A stretch of 64,000 nt of DNA, from positions 620,322 to 684,321 of the forward strand of contig CAVUHA010000010.1 of assembly GCA_963741155.1 (NCBI GenBank). Direction: 5' to 3'. Numbering within the stretch: position 1 is the stretch's first letter; every line of letters starts with the position of its first letter. The notes beneath the pieces were generated by a model. It was not told the origin of the DNA. It ran no database searches and was given only the letters and a program-made list of their open reading frames with translations. The position numbers were made by a program, and so were the translations under genes. This DNA comes from an uncultured Alphaproteobacteria bacterium (GTDB lineage Bacteria > Pseudomonadota > Alphaproteobacteria > Rhizobiales > Methyloligellaceae). This document shows, piece by piece, positions 28,433-39,317 of this stretch.

Positions 28433-29698
28433 ATGAGACGCGTCGTCATCACAGGTCTTGGCATGGTGTCGCCGCTCGGTTGCGGTGTCGATGTCACGTG
28501 GGAGCGGTTGCTCGCGGGAAAGAACGCAGCCCGCCGCGTCGCGAGCTTCGACGTCTCGGATCTGAGCTGCCAGATCGCCTGCCAGATTCCACGCGGCGAC
28601 GGGAGCGACGGCACCTACAACCCCAGCGACTGGATGGAGCCGAAGGAGCAGCGCAAGGTCGACGAGTTTATCGTCTACGCCATGGCCGCTGCCACGCAGG
28701 CGCTCAGCGACGCGGGCTGGAAACCCACCGCCTATGAAGACCAGATCCGTACCGGCGTGCTGGTCGGCTCCGGCATTGGGGGCTTGCAGGGAATCGAGAA
28801 GACGTCGCTGCTCTTTGCGGAGAAGGGGCCGCGCCGGGTCAGCCCGTTCTTCATCCCCGGACGCCTGATCAACCTCGCGGCGGGCTATGTCTCGATCCAA
28901 CACGGGCTGAAAGGCCCGAATCATGCCGTGGTCACGGCCTGCTCGACCGGGGCGCATGCCATCGGCGATGCGTCGCGCCTGGTCGCGCTCGGCGATGCTG
29001 ACGTGATGCTCGCTGGAGGTGCCGAATCGCCCGTCTGCCGTCTCGCCATCGCGGGCTTCGCCGCCTGCCGGGCGCTTTCCACTAACTTCAACGAGGCGCC
29101 CGAGCGGGCCTCGCGTCCCTACGACCGTGACCGTGATGGCTTCGTCATGGGGGAGGGGGCCGGCATGGTAGTGCTCGAGGAGCTCGACCACGCCAAGTCC
29201 CGCGGGGCAACGATCTACGCCGAGGTCGTCGGCTATGGCATGTCGGGCGACGCCTTCCACATCACGGCACCGGCGGAGGATGGCGACGGCGCCTACCGCT
29301 GCATGGTTGCCGCGGTGAAGCGTGCGGGGATCGAACCAGCCGACATCGACTATATCAACGCCCATGGGACCTCGACGCCCATGGGGGACGAGATCGAGCT
29401 TGCCGCCGTCGAGCGGCTGTTCGGCAACGCGGCAGGCAAGGTCTCGATGTCCTCGACTAAGTCGGCGATTGGGCATCTGCTCGGAGCCGCCGGCGCGGTC
29501 GAGGCGATCTTCTCGGCGTTGGCGATTCGCGACAACGTGGCCCCGCCCACCCTCAACCTCGACAACCCTTCGGTGAGCACGGCGATCGACCTCGTGCCGC
29601 ATCAAGCGCGGCGCCGGACCATCGACACGGTGCTGTCTAACTCTTTCGGCTTCGGGGGCACCAATGCCTCGTTGATCTTGCGCCGCTGCGATGCCTGA
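28433..29698 (+). CDS. fabF: Beta-ketoacyl-ACP synthase II
   Basis: Active-site Cys context VTACSTGAHAIG. His motifs NAHGTSTP and SSTKSAIGHLLGAAG. Confidence 0.95.
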   Translation: MRRVVITGLGMVSPLGCGVDVTWERLLAGKNAARRVASFDVSDLSCQIACQIPRGDGSDGTYNPSDWMEPKEQRKVDEFIVYAMAAATQALSDAGWKPTAYEDQIRTGVLVGSGIGGLQGIEKTSLLFAEKGPRRVSPFFIPGRLINLAAGYVSIQHGLKGPNHAVVTACSTGAHAIGDASRLVALGDADVMLAGGAESPVCRLAIAGFAACRALSTNFNEAPERASRPYDRDRDGFVMGEGAGMVVLEELDHAKSRGATIYAEVVGYGMSGDAFHITAPAEDGDGAYRCMVAAVKRAGIEPADIDYINAHGTSTPMGDEIELAAVERLFGNAAGKVSMSSTKSAIGHLLGAAGAVEAIFSALAIRDNVAPPTLNLDNPSVSTAIDLVPHQARRRTIDTVLSNSFGFGGTNASLILRRCDA

Positions 29699-29802
29699 GC
29701 CTTGGGAGCCAGGTTGCGCATTGCGCTTGTCAGCCGAACCTCCCTTTCGCCATATTTGAACTTCAAGTGGTTAGTGCCATTCGGCGCGCGGGGCCTATTG
29801 CC

Positions 29803-31161
29803 ATGTCTGTGACCAGCGACCTCTCGTCGACGGCTAACGATGCGCATCAGCCGCCTAGCCGCGGCGAACGGGCTCTTGCAGTGATGCCCCGCAGCCCAGC
29901 GGAGGCGCTCGAGCCCACACGCCCACCGGAGGCGCCCGAGCCGGAGCCGCGCGGGCCCCGCATGCATCCCCTCCTCAGGTTTCTGAACGGTCTGCTCACC
30001 CTGCTGTTCGTAACGGCGGCGCTGCTCGTGGGTCTCCTCTATTTCGTAAAGGTGCGGTTCGACCGGCCGGGGCCGCTCACCACCTCGGCCGTGGTGGTCA
30101 TTCCGAAAGGCGAGGGGGTGAGCGGCATCGCCGAGCGACTCGAGCGCGACGGCGTCATCGACGACCGGCGCGTGTTCATGACCAGCATCCTTTATTTCTT
30201 CCATCTCAAGGGCAAGGGCAGCCTGAAGGCGGGCGAGTATGAGTTCCGCAAGCATGCGAGCATGCGCCAAGTGCTGGATACCCTCGCTGAGGGCAAATCC
30301 ATCGATCACAAATTCACCGTGGCCGAGGGGTTGACCAGCCAACAGATTGTCGAGCGGCTCAGAGCCGATCCCGAGCTCGAGGGCGATATCGCCGAGGTCC
30401 CGCCCGAGGGCACGCTGCTGCCGGATACCTATAAGTTCGGGCTGGGCGACACGCGGCAGGACATCCTCGAGCGCATGGAGAACGCGCAGGCAAAGTTCTT
30501 GGCGGGGCTCTGGGAAAAGCGGGACGAGAACATCGTGGTGAATACGCCCGAGGAGGCGGTCATTCTCGCTTCGATCGTGGAGAAGGAGACGGGCCGGGCC
30601 GACGAGCGGCCGCATATCGCAAGCGTGTTCCAGAACCGTCTTAGGAAGAACATGCGCCTGCAGTCGGATCCCACCATCATCTATGGCCTGGCGGGCGGGA
30701 AGGGGGCCCTCGACCATCCCATCCAACAGGATGAGCTCGATCGAGACACGCCGTACAACACTTATAAGATCAATGGCTTGCCTCCGACCCCGATCGCCAA
30801 TCCCGGACGGGCCGCCATTGAGGCGGTGCTGAAGCCCGCCAAGACGAAGGACCTCTACTTTGTCGCCGACGGCACGGGCGGGCATGTGTTTGCACCCACT
30901 CTCGAGGCGCATAATAAGAATGTCACGCACTGGCGGCAGGTTGAGCGCGAGCTGGCGGCGAAAGCCGAAGCCGCGGCCAAGGCCGCGCCTGCCGGAGCGG
31001 CCCAAGAGCTGAACCTCGACCCGGGCGCGGTGTCGGCGAACGTGCCGTTCAGCGCGACATCCGCGGTCAGCCCGCCCGTGTCCTCGCCATTGGCGGATAC
31101 GCCGGGCGGCACGGGCGCGGTAGATTCGGTGCCGCTGCCAAAGCGAAACCCCGTGCGCTAG
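29803..31161 (+). CDS. mltG: Endolytic murein transglycosylase MltG (YceG-like) with long Ala/Pro-rich C-terminal tail
   Basis: TM helix LLTLLFVTAALLVGLLYF. YceG core ASIVEKETG...TPYNTYKINGLPPTPIANPG. The start is uncertain (GTG 29767 or ATG 29803). Confidence 0.85.
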   Translation: MSVTSDLSSTANDAHQPPSRGERALAVMPRSPAEALEPTRPPEAPEPEPRGPRMHPLLRFLNGLLTLLFVTAALLVGLLYFVKVRFDRPGPLTTSAVVVIPKGEGVSGIAERLERDGVIDDRRVFMTSILYFFHLKGKGSLKAGEYEFRKHASMRQVLDTLAEGKSIDHKFTVAEGLTSQQIVERLRADPELEGDIAEVPPEGTLLPDTYKFGLGDTRQDILERMENAQAKFLAGLWEKRDENIVVNTPEEAVILASIVEKETGRADERPHIASVFQNRLRKNMRLQSDPTIIYGLAGGKGALDHPIQQDELDRDTPYNTYKINGLPPTPIANPGRAAIEAVLKPAKTKDLYFVADGTGGHVFAPTLEAHNKNVTHWRQVERELAAKAEAAAKAAPAGAAQELNLDPGAVSANVPFSATSAVSPPVSSPLADTPGGTGAVDSVPLPKRNPVR

Positions 31162-31298
31162 TCCGATCGATTTTGGGGACGTTGCGTCAAGGCCCGGCAG
31201 GGTGTGCTTCGGGTCACGCAGGCCGCGCGACTCGGCTTATAAGCGTCAGGCCGCCTCGACGTGTTACCCAAGAGAGCTTGCAAAGGCTATCCACCCCC

Positions 31299-32186
31299 AT
31301 GACCCTTAAGAGCATGACCGGCTTTGCCCGCACTGACGGGGGGCACAAAGAGACGAGCTGGCATTGGGAGGCGAGGAGCGTCAATGGGCGCAGCCTTGAG
31401 CTTCGCCTTCGCTTGCCCGCTGGTTTCGAGGCACTGGAGATCGGTGCCCGCAGCCTTTGCCAGGAGAGACTTGCCCGCGGAAACTGCTCGGTCACGCTCA
31501 GCTTGAAGCAGGAGACCGGGCAGACACAGATCCGCCTCAACGAAGCCGCATTGGGGCAGGCGCTTGCCGTGGCACAACGGGCGCTTGCGGTCACGCGGCT
31601 CGAACCCGCGCGCCTCGACACGCTGCTTGCCATGCGCGGCGTCGTCGAGGTGGTTGAGCGGGAGGACGACGAGGCCGCGCGGGTGGAGTTCGGCCAGGTT
31701 CTGCTCGCGGGACTAGGCGCGGCACTCGACGAGCTTGTCGCCGCCCGCCGGGCCGAAGGCGAGCGGCTCGAACGCATCATCGCGCAACAGCTTGCGGCGA
31801 TCGGGAGCCTCGCCCAGCGCGCGGCAAGCACGCCCGGACGTTCGCCGCAGGCGATAGCCGCGCGGCTCGCCGAGCAGCTCGCCCGGCTGAGCGAGACCGG
31901 TGTCCCGCTCGATCCGGAGCGGCTGCATCAGGAGGCCGTACTGCTCGCGTCCAAGGCCGACATTCGCGAGGAGCTCGATCGCCTAGGTGCCCATGTTGCG
32001 GCGGCGAAGGAGCTGCTCAACAGCGATCAGCCAGTCGGCCGCAAGTTCGAGTTCCTGGCGCAGGAGTTCAACCGCGAGGCCAACACCATTTGCTCCAAGG
32101 CCGGTGACATCGAGACGAGCCGCATCGGACTCGAGCTCAAAAGCGTTATCGATCAGCTGCGCGAGCAGGTGCAGAACATCGAGTGA
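31299..32186 (+). CDS. yicC: YicC-family stress-induced protein
   Basis: MTLKSMTGFAR N-terminus and C-terminal EFLAQEFNREANTICSKA. Confidence 0.9.
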   Translation: MTLKSMTGFARTDGGHKETSWHWEARSVNGRSLELRLRLPAGFEALEIGARSLCQERLARGNCSVTLSLKQETGQTQIRLNEAALGQALAVAQRALAVTRLEPARLDTLLAMRGVVEVVEREDDEAARVEFGQVLLAGLGAALDELVAARRAEGERLERIIAQQLAAIGSLAQRAASTPGRSPQAIAARLAEQLARLSETGVPLDPERLHQEAVLLASKADIREELDRLGAHVAAAKELLNSDQPVGRKFEFLAQEFNREANTICSKAGDIETSRIGLELKSVIDQLREQVQNIE

Positions 32187-32821
32187 CCGGGATGGAGCCC
32201 ACGCGAAGAGGTCTCATGCTGGTGCTGTCGTCGCCTTCTGGCGCTGGCAAAACGACGCTCGCGCGGCGTCTACTCGAACAGGAGCCCGGGCTTGCGATGT
32301 CGGTCTCCTATACGACGCGCAAGAAGCGGAAAGGGGAGATAGAGGGGAAGGACTACCACTTCGTCGACCACGAGACTTTCACCAAGATGCGTGATCACAA
32401 CGAATTTTTGGAATGGGCGGTGGTGTTCGACAATTACTACGGCACGGCGCGAAAGCCGGTGGAAGAGGCCTTGGCCAAGGGTCGCGACGTGCTGTTCGAC
32501 GTCGACTGGCAAGGTGCCGAGAAGCTGCGAGCCGATGCTAAAGACGATGTGGTGTCGGTGTTCATACTTCCGCCGTCGGGCAAGGCGCTGGAGGAGCGGC
32601 TCAATGTGCGCGCACAAGATCCTCCGGAGATCGTGCATCGCCGGATGCGTGGCGCAAGCAATGAGATCCAGCATTGGCACCAATACGACTACGTGGTCAT
32701 CAATCGTGACCTGGAGCAGTCGGTGACCGCGGTTCGCGCCATTCTTGCCGCCGAGCGCTTGCGCCGCTCGCGCCTCACGGGGCTTGAAGGTTTCGTGCAG
32801 AGCCTGTTGGCCGAGCTTTAA
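32183..32821 (+). CDS. gmk: Guanylate kinase
   Basis: LSSPSGAGKTTL P-loop. GTG 32183 overlaps the yicC TGA (GTGA). Confidence 0.93.
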   Translation: MTGMEPTRRGLMLVLSSPSGAGKTTLARRLLEQEPGLAMSVSYTTRKKRKGEIEGKDYHFVDHETFTKMRDHNEFLEWAVVFDNYYGTARKPVEEALAKGRDVLFDVDWQGAEKLRADAKDDVVSVFILPPSGKALEERLNVRAQDPPEIVHRRMRGASNEIQHWHQYDYVVINRDLEQSVTAVRAILAAERLRRSRLTGLEGFVQSLLAEL

Positions 32822-32824
32822 CGA

Positions 32825-33661
32825 TCAAAGCGCATTGGCGATGCGGCAAAAGTCGGCGACGTCGAGCTCTTCGGCGCGCGCTTGGGGGGCTATGCCCAGC
32901 CCTTGCAGCAGCGCTTCGCTCTTTGGGGTGAGTTGCCGCAAGGAGGAGCGCAACATCTTGCGCCGCTGGCCGAACGCCACCGCGGTCACGCGTTCCAGTC
33001 TTTGCACGTCGCAGGGAGGCTCGGGGGCCGCGCGCGGGATGAACTCGACGAGACTTGATTCCACCTTGGGCCGCGGCGTGAAGGCGGCTGGGGGGATTCC
33101 GAACAGGATGCGGGGCAGGGTGCGCCACTGGGCAATTACCGAGAGCCGCCCATAGTCCTTGCCGCCCGGTGCCGCCACGATGCGTTGTGCCACCTCACGC
33201 TGGAACATCAGCACCAGCCGGTCGAACCAAGGCGGCCAGGGGCTCGTCTTCAGCCAGCCGATCAAGAGCGGCGTGGCGACGCCGTAGGGCAGATTGGCAA
33301 CGATGCGGGTCGGCTGTTGGAGCGCCAGCTTGCTATAGTCGACGTCGAGGGCGTCGCCGCCGATCACCTCGAGCCGGCCGGGATAGCGCGCCGCGATGGC
33401 CTCAAGAGCGGGCAGACATCGGGTGTCCTTCTCGATGGCGACGACGCGGGCCGCGCCTTCGAGCAAGAGCGCACGGGTGAGGCCTCCGGGACCCGGACCG
33501 ACCTCGACGATGGTTGCCTGATCGAGCGGCCCGGCGGCGCGGGCGATGCGGCGAGTGAGGTTGAAATCGAGCAGGAAGTTCTGGCCGAGGCTCCGGCGCG
33601 CCGACAGGCCAAGGTCGCGGATGACGTGGCGGAGCGGCGGCAAGCCGTCAGGCACGCTCAC
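32825..33661 (-). CDS. rsmA: 16S rRNA (adenine1518/1519-N6)-dimethyltransferase
   Basis: LGQNFLLD and SAM motif [11 protein letters not shown]. Start set to GTG 33661, which overlaps the pdxA TGA (GTGA). The track start at 33736 lies inside pdxA. Confidence 0.9.
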   Translation of the reverse strand: MSVPDGLPPLRHVIRDLGLSARRSLGQNFLLDFNLTRRIARAAGPLDQATIVEVGPGPGGLTRALLLEGAARVVAIEKDTRCLPALEAIAARYPGRLEVIGGDALDVDYSKLALQQPTRIVANLPYGVATPLLIGWLKTSPWPPWFDRLVLMFQREVAQRIVAAPGGKDYGRLSVIAQWRTLPRILFGIPPAAFTPRPKVESSLVEFIPRAAPEPPCDVQRLERVTAVAFGQRRKMLRSSLRQLTPKSEALLQGLGIAPQARAEELDVADFCRIANAL

Positions 33662-34680
33662 GCTTGCGTCTCGGCTTGGGCCGCCATGGCGTCGGCGAGG
33701 CGCAGCGCCTCGATGAGGCTGCGAGGGCTGGCGCAACCCGTGCCGGCAAGGGCAAAGGCGGTGCCATGGTCGGGCGAGGTGCGCAGGAAAGGCAGTCCGA
33801 GGGTGACATTGACGCCGTGCTCGAAGGCGAGCGTCTTGAAAGGGATCAGCGCCTGGTCGTGATACATGGCGATCGCGGCGTCATACCCTTTCCGCGCTTC
33901 GGCGTGGAATAGGGTATCGGCGGGATGCGGTCCGGTCACGGTCAAACCCTTTGCCCGAGCTTCCTTGATCGCCGGTGCGATGACCTCGATCTCTTCCCGT
34001 CCCAACGCTCCGTCCTCGCCGGCATGCGGGTTGAGGCCGGTGACGGCAAGGCGCGGCCGAGCAAGCCCGAAATAGCGCCGCATATCGCGCGCGGTGGTGA
34101 GAAGCGTCGCGACGATAAGCTCTCGGCTCAGCGCGCCCGCGACGTCCTGGAGCGGAATGTGGATGGTCACCGGCACCACTTTTAGATCTTCTGCCACGAG
34201 CATCATCACGGGGAGGGGAGCCGCCCCGGCCGAAGCAGCGAGGCTGGCGAGGAATTCCGTATGACCTGGAAAGCTGAAGCCGGCCCGATAGAGCACGGCC
34301 TTGCTCACGGGGTTGGTGACGACGGCGCGCGCGGCGCCGGCAAGCGCGAGGCCTACGGCGCGCTCAATGGAGTGCTGAACGTCGGCCGCATTGGCCTCGT
34401 CGGGCCTGCCCGGGACGACGGGGTGGGCAACGGTGAGGGGCAGCACCGGTAGCGCTTCGGCAAAACACCCGGCCGCTTCTGTCACATCCGCGACGGTCTC
34501 GATTCTTACAGCGAGATTCAACTGGTCGGCGCGGGCGGCGAGTGTATCGGGATCGCCCAACCAGACGAAGGGAGGAATGGCCTCCACGGCGCGCGCCTGC
34601 CAAGCGAGGAGCGTGATGTCCGGGCCGATTCCTGCGGGATCGCCAAGCGTCAGTGCAAGAGACCGCTTTGCCATGCGCAT
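33658..34680 (-). CDS. pdxA: 4-hydroxythreonine-4-phosphate dehydrogenase
   Basis: [29 protein letters not shown]. Confidence 0.92.
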   Translation of the reverse strand: MRMAKRSLALTLGDPAGIGPDITLLAWQARAVEAIPPFVWLGDPDTLAARADQLNLAVRIETVADVTEAAGCFAEALPVLPLTVAHPVVPGRPDEANAADVQHSIERAVGLALAGAARAVVTNPVSKAVLYRAGFSFPGHTEFLASLAASAGAAPLPVMMLVAEDLKVVPVTIHIPLQDVAGALSRELIVATLLTTARDMRRYFGLARPRLAVTGLNPHAGEDGALGREEIEVIAPAIKEARAKGLTVTGPHPADTLFHAEARKGYDAAIAMYHDQALIPFKTLAFEHGVNVTLGLPFLRTSPDHGTAFALAGTGCASPRSLIEALRLADAMAAQAETQA

Positions 34681-34706
34681 GGCATAGCGCCATCGGCGGC
34701 ACGTCT

Positions 34707-35837
34707 CTAGCGGTATTCGATGAAGGCGTCCTGACGCACGTCGCGCAAGAAGCGCTCGGCTCGGATCGACATCTCTTGCTGCACCAACTTCTGCTCTGTC
34801 TCTTCGCGCTGCTTGGAATCACCCTTCATACTATGCTTGCCGCAGACGGCGTAGAGCTCGACGGTGGAGGCGGAGAGGGTCGGGGGCGTCATCTGACCCA
34901 CTTTGGCGTTCATGACCAGCATGCGTGCGGGCTGGGAAATCGCGGTCGGGGCCTGGTCCGCTAGCGCGTTCACGCTCGCGCCTTTGACGCCCTTGGCGAG
35001 ATCGGCGACGTTGGCGCAAGAATCGAACCGAGCGCGCAGCGCTTCCGCCTCGGAGAGAATCTGAGCGATGGTCTTTTGGTCGGCGTTGCTCGGAACTTCA
35101 AATTTCACCTGCCGTAGTTGCAATGCCGTCTCCGCTGCGGCGCTCGCTTCTCCGGTCCCTCCGGTGCGTGAGAGCGCCTTGTCGATGTCGGCGTCGCCGA
35201 TCTGGACGTCTCGTCGGAACTTACGGCGCACCGCATCACGCCACATGAGTTGGGCCCGGAGGCGATCCTTGAGCGTCTTGATGTTGATGCCCATCTGCCC
35301 CAGCGCGTTCGTCAGTCCCTCGACGGTAAGATTGTTGCTCTTTGCCATCTCGGTGAGGATCTTGGTCACGTCGTCTTCATCGGGGACAACGTCAAGCTTC
35401 TTACCCTGTTGCATTTGCAGCCGCTCATCAATGAGCTGGTCGGTGGCCTTCTTCTTGACGTCGGGCCCCGGTTTCTCATGGGCCGTGATGACAAGGAAAC
35501 GCTCGCGCTGCTCGATGTCGTAGGCGGAGATCGGATCGTCGTTGACGAGCACCACGATCGACTGCTCGGTCTGCGTTGGCAGATCGACCGCGGGAGGCTC
35601 TGGCGGCATCGCGCTCTGCGGCGGAGCGTCGGGCGGCATGGTGCCGGGCGGCGGAGCGCCTGGTGCGGCAGCGCTCTGGCCTGGGTCGGTCGGCCAGGGG
35701 TCCATTTGCGCCGCCGCGGGGCACACAACGCCGATGAGACACAAGGTGAGCACGAGGCCGGTCAGACCGAGATTCGCCACTGTCGGCCGCAGCACGAGCG
35801 ATGCGTTGGAGCTGGGCCTTTTGGCACGCGGGCGCAT
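34707..35837 (-). CDS. SurA-like periplasmic chaperone with Pro-rich N-terminal spacer
   Basis: TM/signal segment LGLTGLVLTLCLIGVVCPAAA. Position between lptD and pdxA, as in the lptD-surA-pdxA-rsmA cluster. I did not recognise a clear parvulin signature. Confidence 0.6.
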   Translation of the reverse strand: MRPRAKRPSSNASLVLRPTVANLGLTGLVLTLCLIGVVCPAAAQMDPWPTDPGQSAAAPGAPPPGTMPPDAPPQSAMPPEPPAVDLPTQTEQSIVVLVNDDPISAYDIEQRERFLVITAHEKPGPDVKKKATDQLIDERLQMQQGKKLDVVPDEDDVTKILTEMAKSNNLTVEGLTNALGQMGINIKTLKDRLRAQLMWRDAVRRKFRRDVQIGDADIDKALSRTGGTGEASAAAETALQLRQVKFEVPSNADQKTIAQILSEAEALRARFDSCANVADLAKGVKGASVNALADQAPTAISQPARMLVMNAKVGQMTPPTLSASTVELYAVCGKHSMKGDSKQREETEQKLVQQEMSIRAERFLRDVRQDAFIEYR

Positions 35838-35848
35838 GGTTTGCCTCG

Positions 35849-38203
35849 CTAATAGGGTAGGTCGCCGGCCAAGCCGAAGGCGTTGGTCTTGAACGAGTAT
35901 GAGCCTAGATCTTTCAGACTGAAGTTGACCATGAAGGTTGTGTCCGGCTGGATGTCGAGGTCTTTGACATTCGTCTCCAAATAGGTGACCCCCAGCGTGA
36001 AGCAGTCATTTTGATATTGCAAACCAACGCCGTCTTGGACCCATCTTGACAGTTCGAGATCAAAACGGGCATTGCCGATCAACGACCAGGTATCGGTAAG
36101 CGCAAGCGAGCCAATCGTATAAATCTCCTGTTGCGTGTTGCCCTGGCCCAGACCAGGCGCGTTTTTCACATCGGCATAATCCATTCGCAATTGCGCCGGC
36201 CCGTACTGCGCCGTAGTGCCAAGATCGGTGCGTCGGATCTCCCAGGAAGCCTGATCGAAGCGGGTCTGCCCTGAGACAGAGAGGTTGGTGGTAGCCTGGA
36301 TATAGAGCCCGCTCACATAGTCGGAGCGGTCGGTGTCGAGACCGCTCCCAGGAGCGGATAGCGCGAACTCATTTGCCCCGGCGAGCTGGTAGCTCTCGCC
36401 GAACACGGCGCGGGCATAGGCGCCCGAATAGAACTGCGCGGTATACTGCGCGCCGACATTGGCGCGTGTGCCGGTCTCGATGCGGTCGTAGCCCGAGAAT
36501 TTGTCGATATCGAACAGCAGCGTATCGTCGAACACGAGGCTGTTGGCGTCCTCGTTCGGAATTGCCTGCTGATTGCCGATGGAATTGGGCCGTGCAATGA
36601 TCTGGCCGATCGGCTCCAAGACATGCGTGATGGTGCCGGTCGTGGCGACGAACGGATAACGATAGTCGATGCCCGCGACGGCATTGCCAAGCGCCGTCGT
36701 GCCATTCGATGGCAAATTGTTCGAGGGATCGGTGAAATTGCTCACGTCATAGACATCACCGCGTAGTTGGGCGAACGGGGTGTAAACCTGACCAATACCG
36801 TCGATCATCTGTCGCCGCCAATTGACCTCGGAGGTCAGTCGCGTCGAGTCAGGCGCGCCGTGGCTCGTTAGGCTGGTCAGGTTGGAATTGAAGCTGAGCT
36901 CGCCGCCCATAATGGGTTGGTTGACGATGTAGTCGTAGTCGACGACTGGGAGCACCCACGCTTCAGATACGGGCGTGTCGTAGAGTTCCAGACCACCCGT
37001 GTTGTAGAGCCGCGTGCTGAAATAGTTCCGATCGTGCAGGCCTTCCACATAAACTTGCGAGACACGGTCCGTTTTGAACTTGTTGTCGATATTGTAGAAG
37101 CGGCGGAACGTATCGTCCGTGTCGGCCTGTACATTCCAGCCCAAGGCAAAATAGGGGTCTAAGGCAAATTTGCCCAGGGAGTCCAGACTGCCACGAAAGT
37201 CCTCGCCGGCCGGCGTCGCGGGGTCGCCTTGTGGATTGAACACGCCGTAAAGGTTGAGGTTATAGGCGCCGTTGGCCAGTTGGTGTCGCCACTGTCCTTG
37301 CAAAAGAGTGCCGGCCTTCTCCGTGTAGGTGGGAGCGAAGGTGAAATCGTAATTGTCCGACAGCGCGAAGTAGTAGGGCACCGTCACCGTACTCCCGAGC
37401 TGACTGTCATTGGTGTAGGTCGGTATCAGGAAGCCCGACTTACGCTTCACCGTCGGATCGGCCATTTGGAAGTACGGGACCCAAATGACCGGCACGCCGT
37501 AAAAGTCGAAGAAGGCATTGCGATAGGTGATCGTTGCCTCATCCTTGCGGTGAATGATCTTGGTCGCGCGAATGCGCCACGTGGGTGGCTGCTCGGGATT
37601 ATCCTCGCAAGGCTTGCAGGGGGTGAACCATCCGTTCTGGAACACGGTGACGTTGCCCGCCTCGCGGGTCGCCGTCTCGGCGGCGATGCGGGTGTCCTCC
37701 TTGGTCACGAGCTTCAGCGCGTCGATGAAGCCGTCGCGGAAGTCGTCGGTGAGGGTCATGTGGTCGGCCGTGATGATGGCGCCCTGGGGGTCCTTGATGC
37801 TCACATTGCCCTTCGCGGAGAGCGTGTTGTTGTTGCGGTCGTAGATGACCTGATCCGCGAGCAGCGTGTAGTTGCCGTAGTAGATCTCGACGTTACCCCT
37901 GGCCGTGACCCGATTGTTCTCATTGTCGTAGACCATTTCGTCGGCCTGCAGGAGCATGGGCTGGCTCGAGTCGACCTTAGGCGCCGCCAGAATCTTGGCC
38001 AGTTCCTTCGTACCTTTCGTGTCCGGTTTCATTGAGCCATAACCGCCTTTGGCGGCCATGGCGGGGTCGGCGAAGCCGACGCAACAGACGATCAGGCAGA
38101 TCAAGAGGCGCCAAAGACACCGGTCAAAGCCGATACCATTAGACGCAGCGAGGCCGGGCAGGGCCCGGCGCAACTTGGCCAGCCTTACGGGGATCCGCGT
38201 CAT
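35849..38203 (-). CDS. lptD: LPS-assembly outer-membrane protein LptD
   Basis: OstA-like N-domain LLQADEMVYDNENNRVTARGNVEIYY followed by a large beta-barrel. ATG 38203 (MTRIPVRLAKL) overlaps the lptG TGA (ATGA). The track start at 38539 lies inside lptG. Confidence 0.87.
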   Translation of the reverse strand: MTRIPVRLAKLRRALPGLAASNGIGFDRCLWRLLICLIVCCVGFADPAMAAKGGYGSMKPDTKGTKELAKILAAPKVDSSQPMLLQADEMVYDNENNRVTARGNVEIYYGNYTLLADQVIYDRNNNTLSAKGNVSIKDPQGAIITADHMTLTDDFRDGFIDALKLVTKEDTRIAAETATREAGNVTVFQNGWFTPCKPCEDNPEQPPTWRIRATKIIHRKDEATITYRNAFFDFYGVPVIWVPYFQMADPTVKRKSGFLIPTYTNDSQLGSTVTVPYYFALSDNYDFTFAPTYTEKAGTLLQGQWRHQLANGAYNLNLYGVFNPQGDPATPAGEDFRGSLDSLGKFALDPYFALGWNVQADTDDTFRRFYNIDNKFKTDRVSQVYVEGLHDRNYFSTRLYNTGGLELYDTPVSEAWVLPVVDYDYIVNQPIMGGELSFNSNLTSLTSHGAPDSTRLTSEVNWRRQMIDGIGQVYTPFAQLRGDVYDVSNFTDPSNNLPSNGTTALGNAVAGIDYRYPFVATTGTITHVLEPIGQIIARPNSIGNQQAIPNEDANSLVFDDTLLFDIDKFSGYDRIETGTRANVGAQYTAQFYSGAYARAVFGESYQLAGANEFALSAPGSGLDTDRSDYVSGLYIQATTNLSVSGQTRFDQASWEIRRTDLGTTAQYGPAQLRMDYADVKNAPGLGQGNTQQEIYTIGSLALTDTWSLIGNARFDLELSRWVQDGVGLQYQNDCFTLGVTYLETNVKDLDIQPDTTFMVNFSLKDLGSYSFKTNAFGLAGDLPY

Positions 38204-39309
38204 CACCCGTCCTCCTTGTACAGGAGCACGGTCAGCGCGAGGCTTGTCGCGACGACCACCGGGACCCAGGCCGCCGCCGCCGCCGATGTCAGTCCAGCCA
38301 TGGCAAAGTTGCGCGAAACCTCGGCAAGCACGAAGAACGCAAACCCCGCGGCGAGACCGGCGATGGCATGGATTTGCACATTGCCGAAGCGGAAGCCGCG
38401 GAGCGCGCAGGTGGCGGCGATGAGAACCATGGTCACGAGTAGGAAGGGCCGCGACAGGAGCAGTTGGTATTGCACGCGGTACTGCGTTGCCGGCAGGCCG
38501 GCTCGCTCGGCGATCTCGATGAAGTTCGGCAGCTCCCAAAAGGAGATCGAGAACTCCGTGCCGAGGGTGTCGCGGACCTGCGTCGGGGTGAGATAGGTGC
38601 TGAGCAGGTACCGCTGATAGAGGGCCGCCTCTTCGCCCGGTTCGCTGACCCGGGCTTCCTCGAGCTCCCAGCGGCCATCCTTGAGTACCGCCTTCTTGGC
38701 GTCGATCCGTTCGGTGAGACGTTGACCGGGATCATACTGGAACACGGTCACGCCTGTGAGCTCGAGGCCTTGGTTTGCGACCTGCAGCGCGTGGATGACA
38801 GTCGGCCCGTCAGCGCCGTCTTCGCGCAACCAGGCGCCCGCGTTCCGCGTCTTGAGCAGCGACTCGTCCTTGCCGAACGCGTTCGCGTAGAGGCGCTCTG
38901 CCTCGCCGCGGGCAATTGCGGCGAGCGGGTTGTACAGCATGACGAAGACGATCCCGAGCAGGAAGGCCACGACCATCGCCGGCATCACGAACTGCCAAAC
39001 GGAGATGCCGGCGGCGCGCACCACGACCAGCTCGGATGAGCGGCTCAACATCAGAAAAATGCCAATGGTGCCGATGAGCACCGCAAAGGGGAGAATGAGC
39101 TCGGAAAAGGAGGGGAGTCGAAGCAACGTCATCCAGGCCAGCAGAAGGGCCGGAACGTCGGCACTGTAATTTCCTGCGCGTCGCAGCATCTCGATGAAGT
39201 CGACAAAGAAGATAAGCACGCAGCACAGCACGAACACAGCGACCATCGCGAGGAAGAAGCGCAACGAAAAATAGCGCGCAAGTGTCCCCACTGCACTGAT
39301 GCCTGGCAT
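38203..39309 (-). CDS. lptG: LPS export ABC transporter permease LptG
   Basis: YjgP/YjgQ-type topology: TM helices flanking a periplasmic beta-jellyroll segment. Start at MPGISAVGTLARYF (ATG 39309). Confidence 0.85.
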   Translation of the reverse strand: MPGISAVGTLARYFSLRFFLAMVAVFVLCCVLIFFVDFIEMLRRAGNYSADVPALLLAWMTLLRLPSFSELILPFAVLIGTIGIFLMLSRSSELVVVRAAGISVWQFVMPAMVVAFLLGIVFVMLYNPLAAIARGEAERLYANAFGKDESLLKTRNAGAWLREDGADGPTVIHALQVANQGLELTGVTVFQYDPGQRLTERIDAKKAVLKDGRWELEEARVSEPGEEAALYQRYLLSTYLTPTQVRDTLGTEFSISFWELPNFIEIAERAGLPATQYRVQYQLLLSRPFLLVTMVLIAATCALRGFRFGNVQIHAIAGLAAGFAFFVLAEVSRNFAMAGLTSAAAAAWVPVVVATSLALTVLLYKEDG

Positions 39310-39317
39310 CTGCGCTC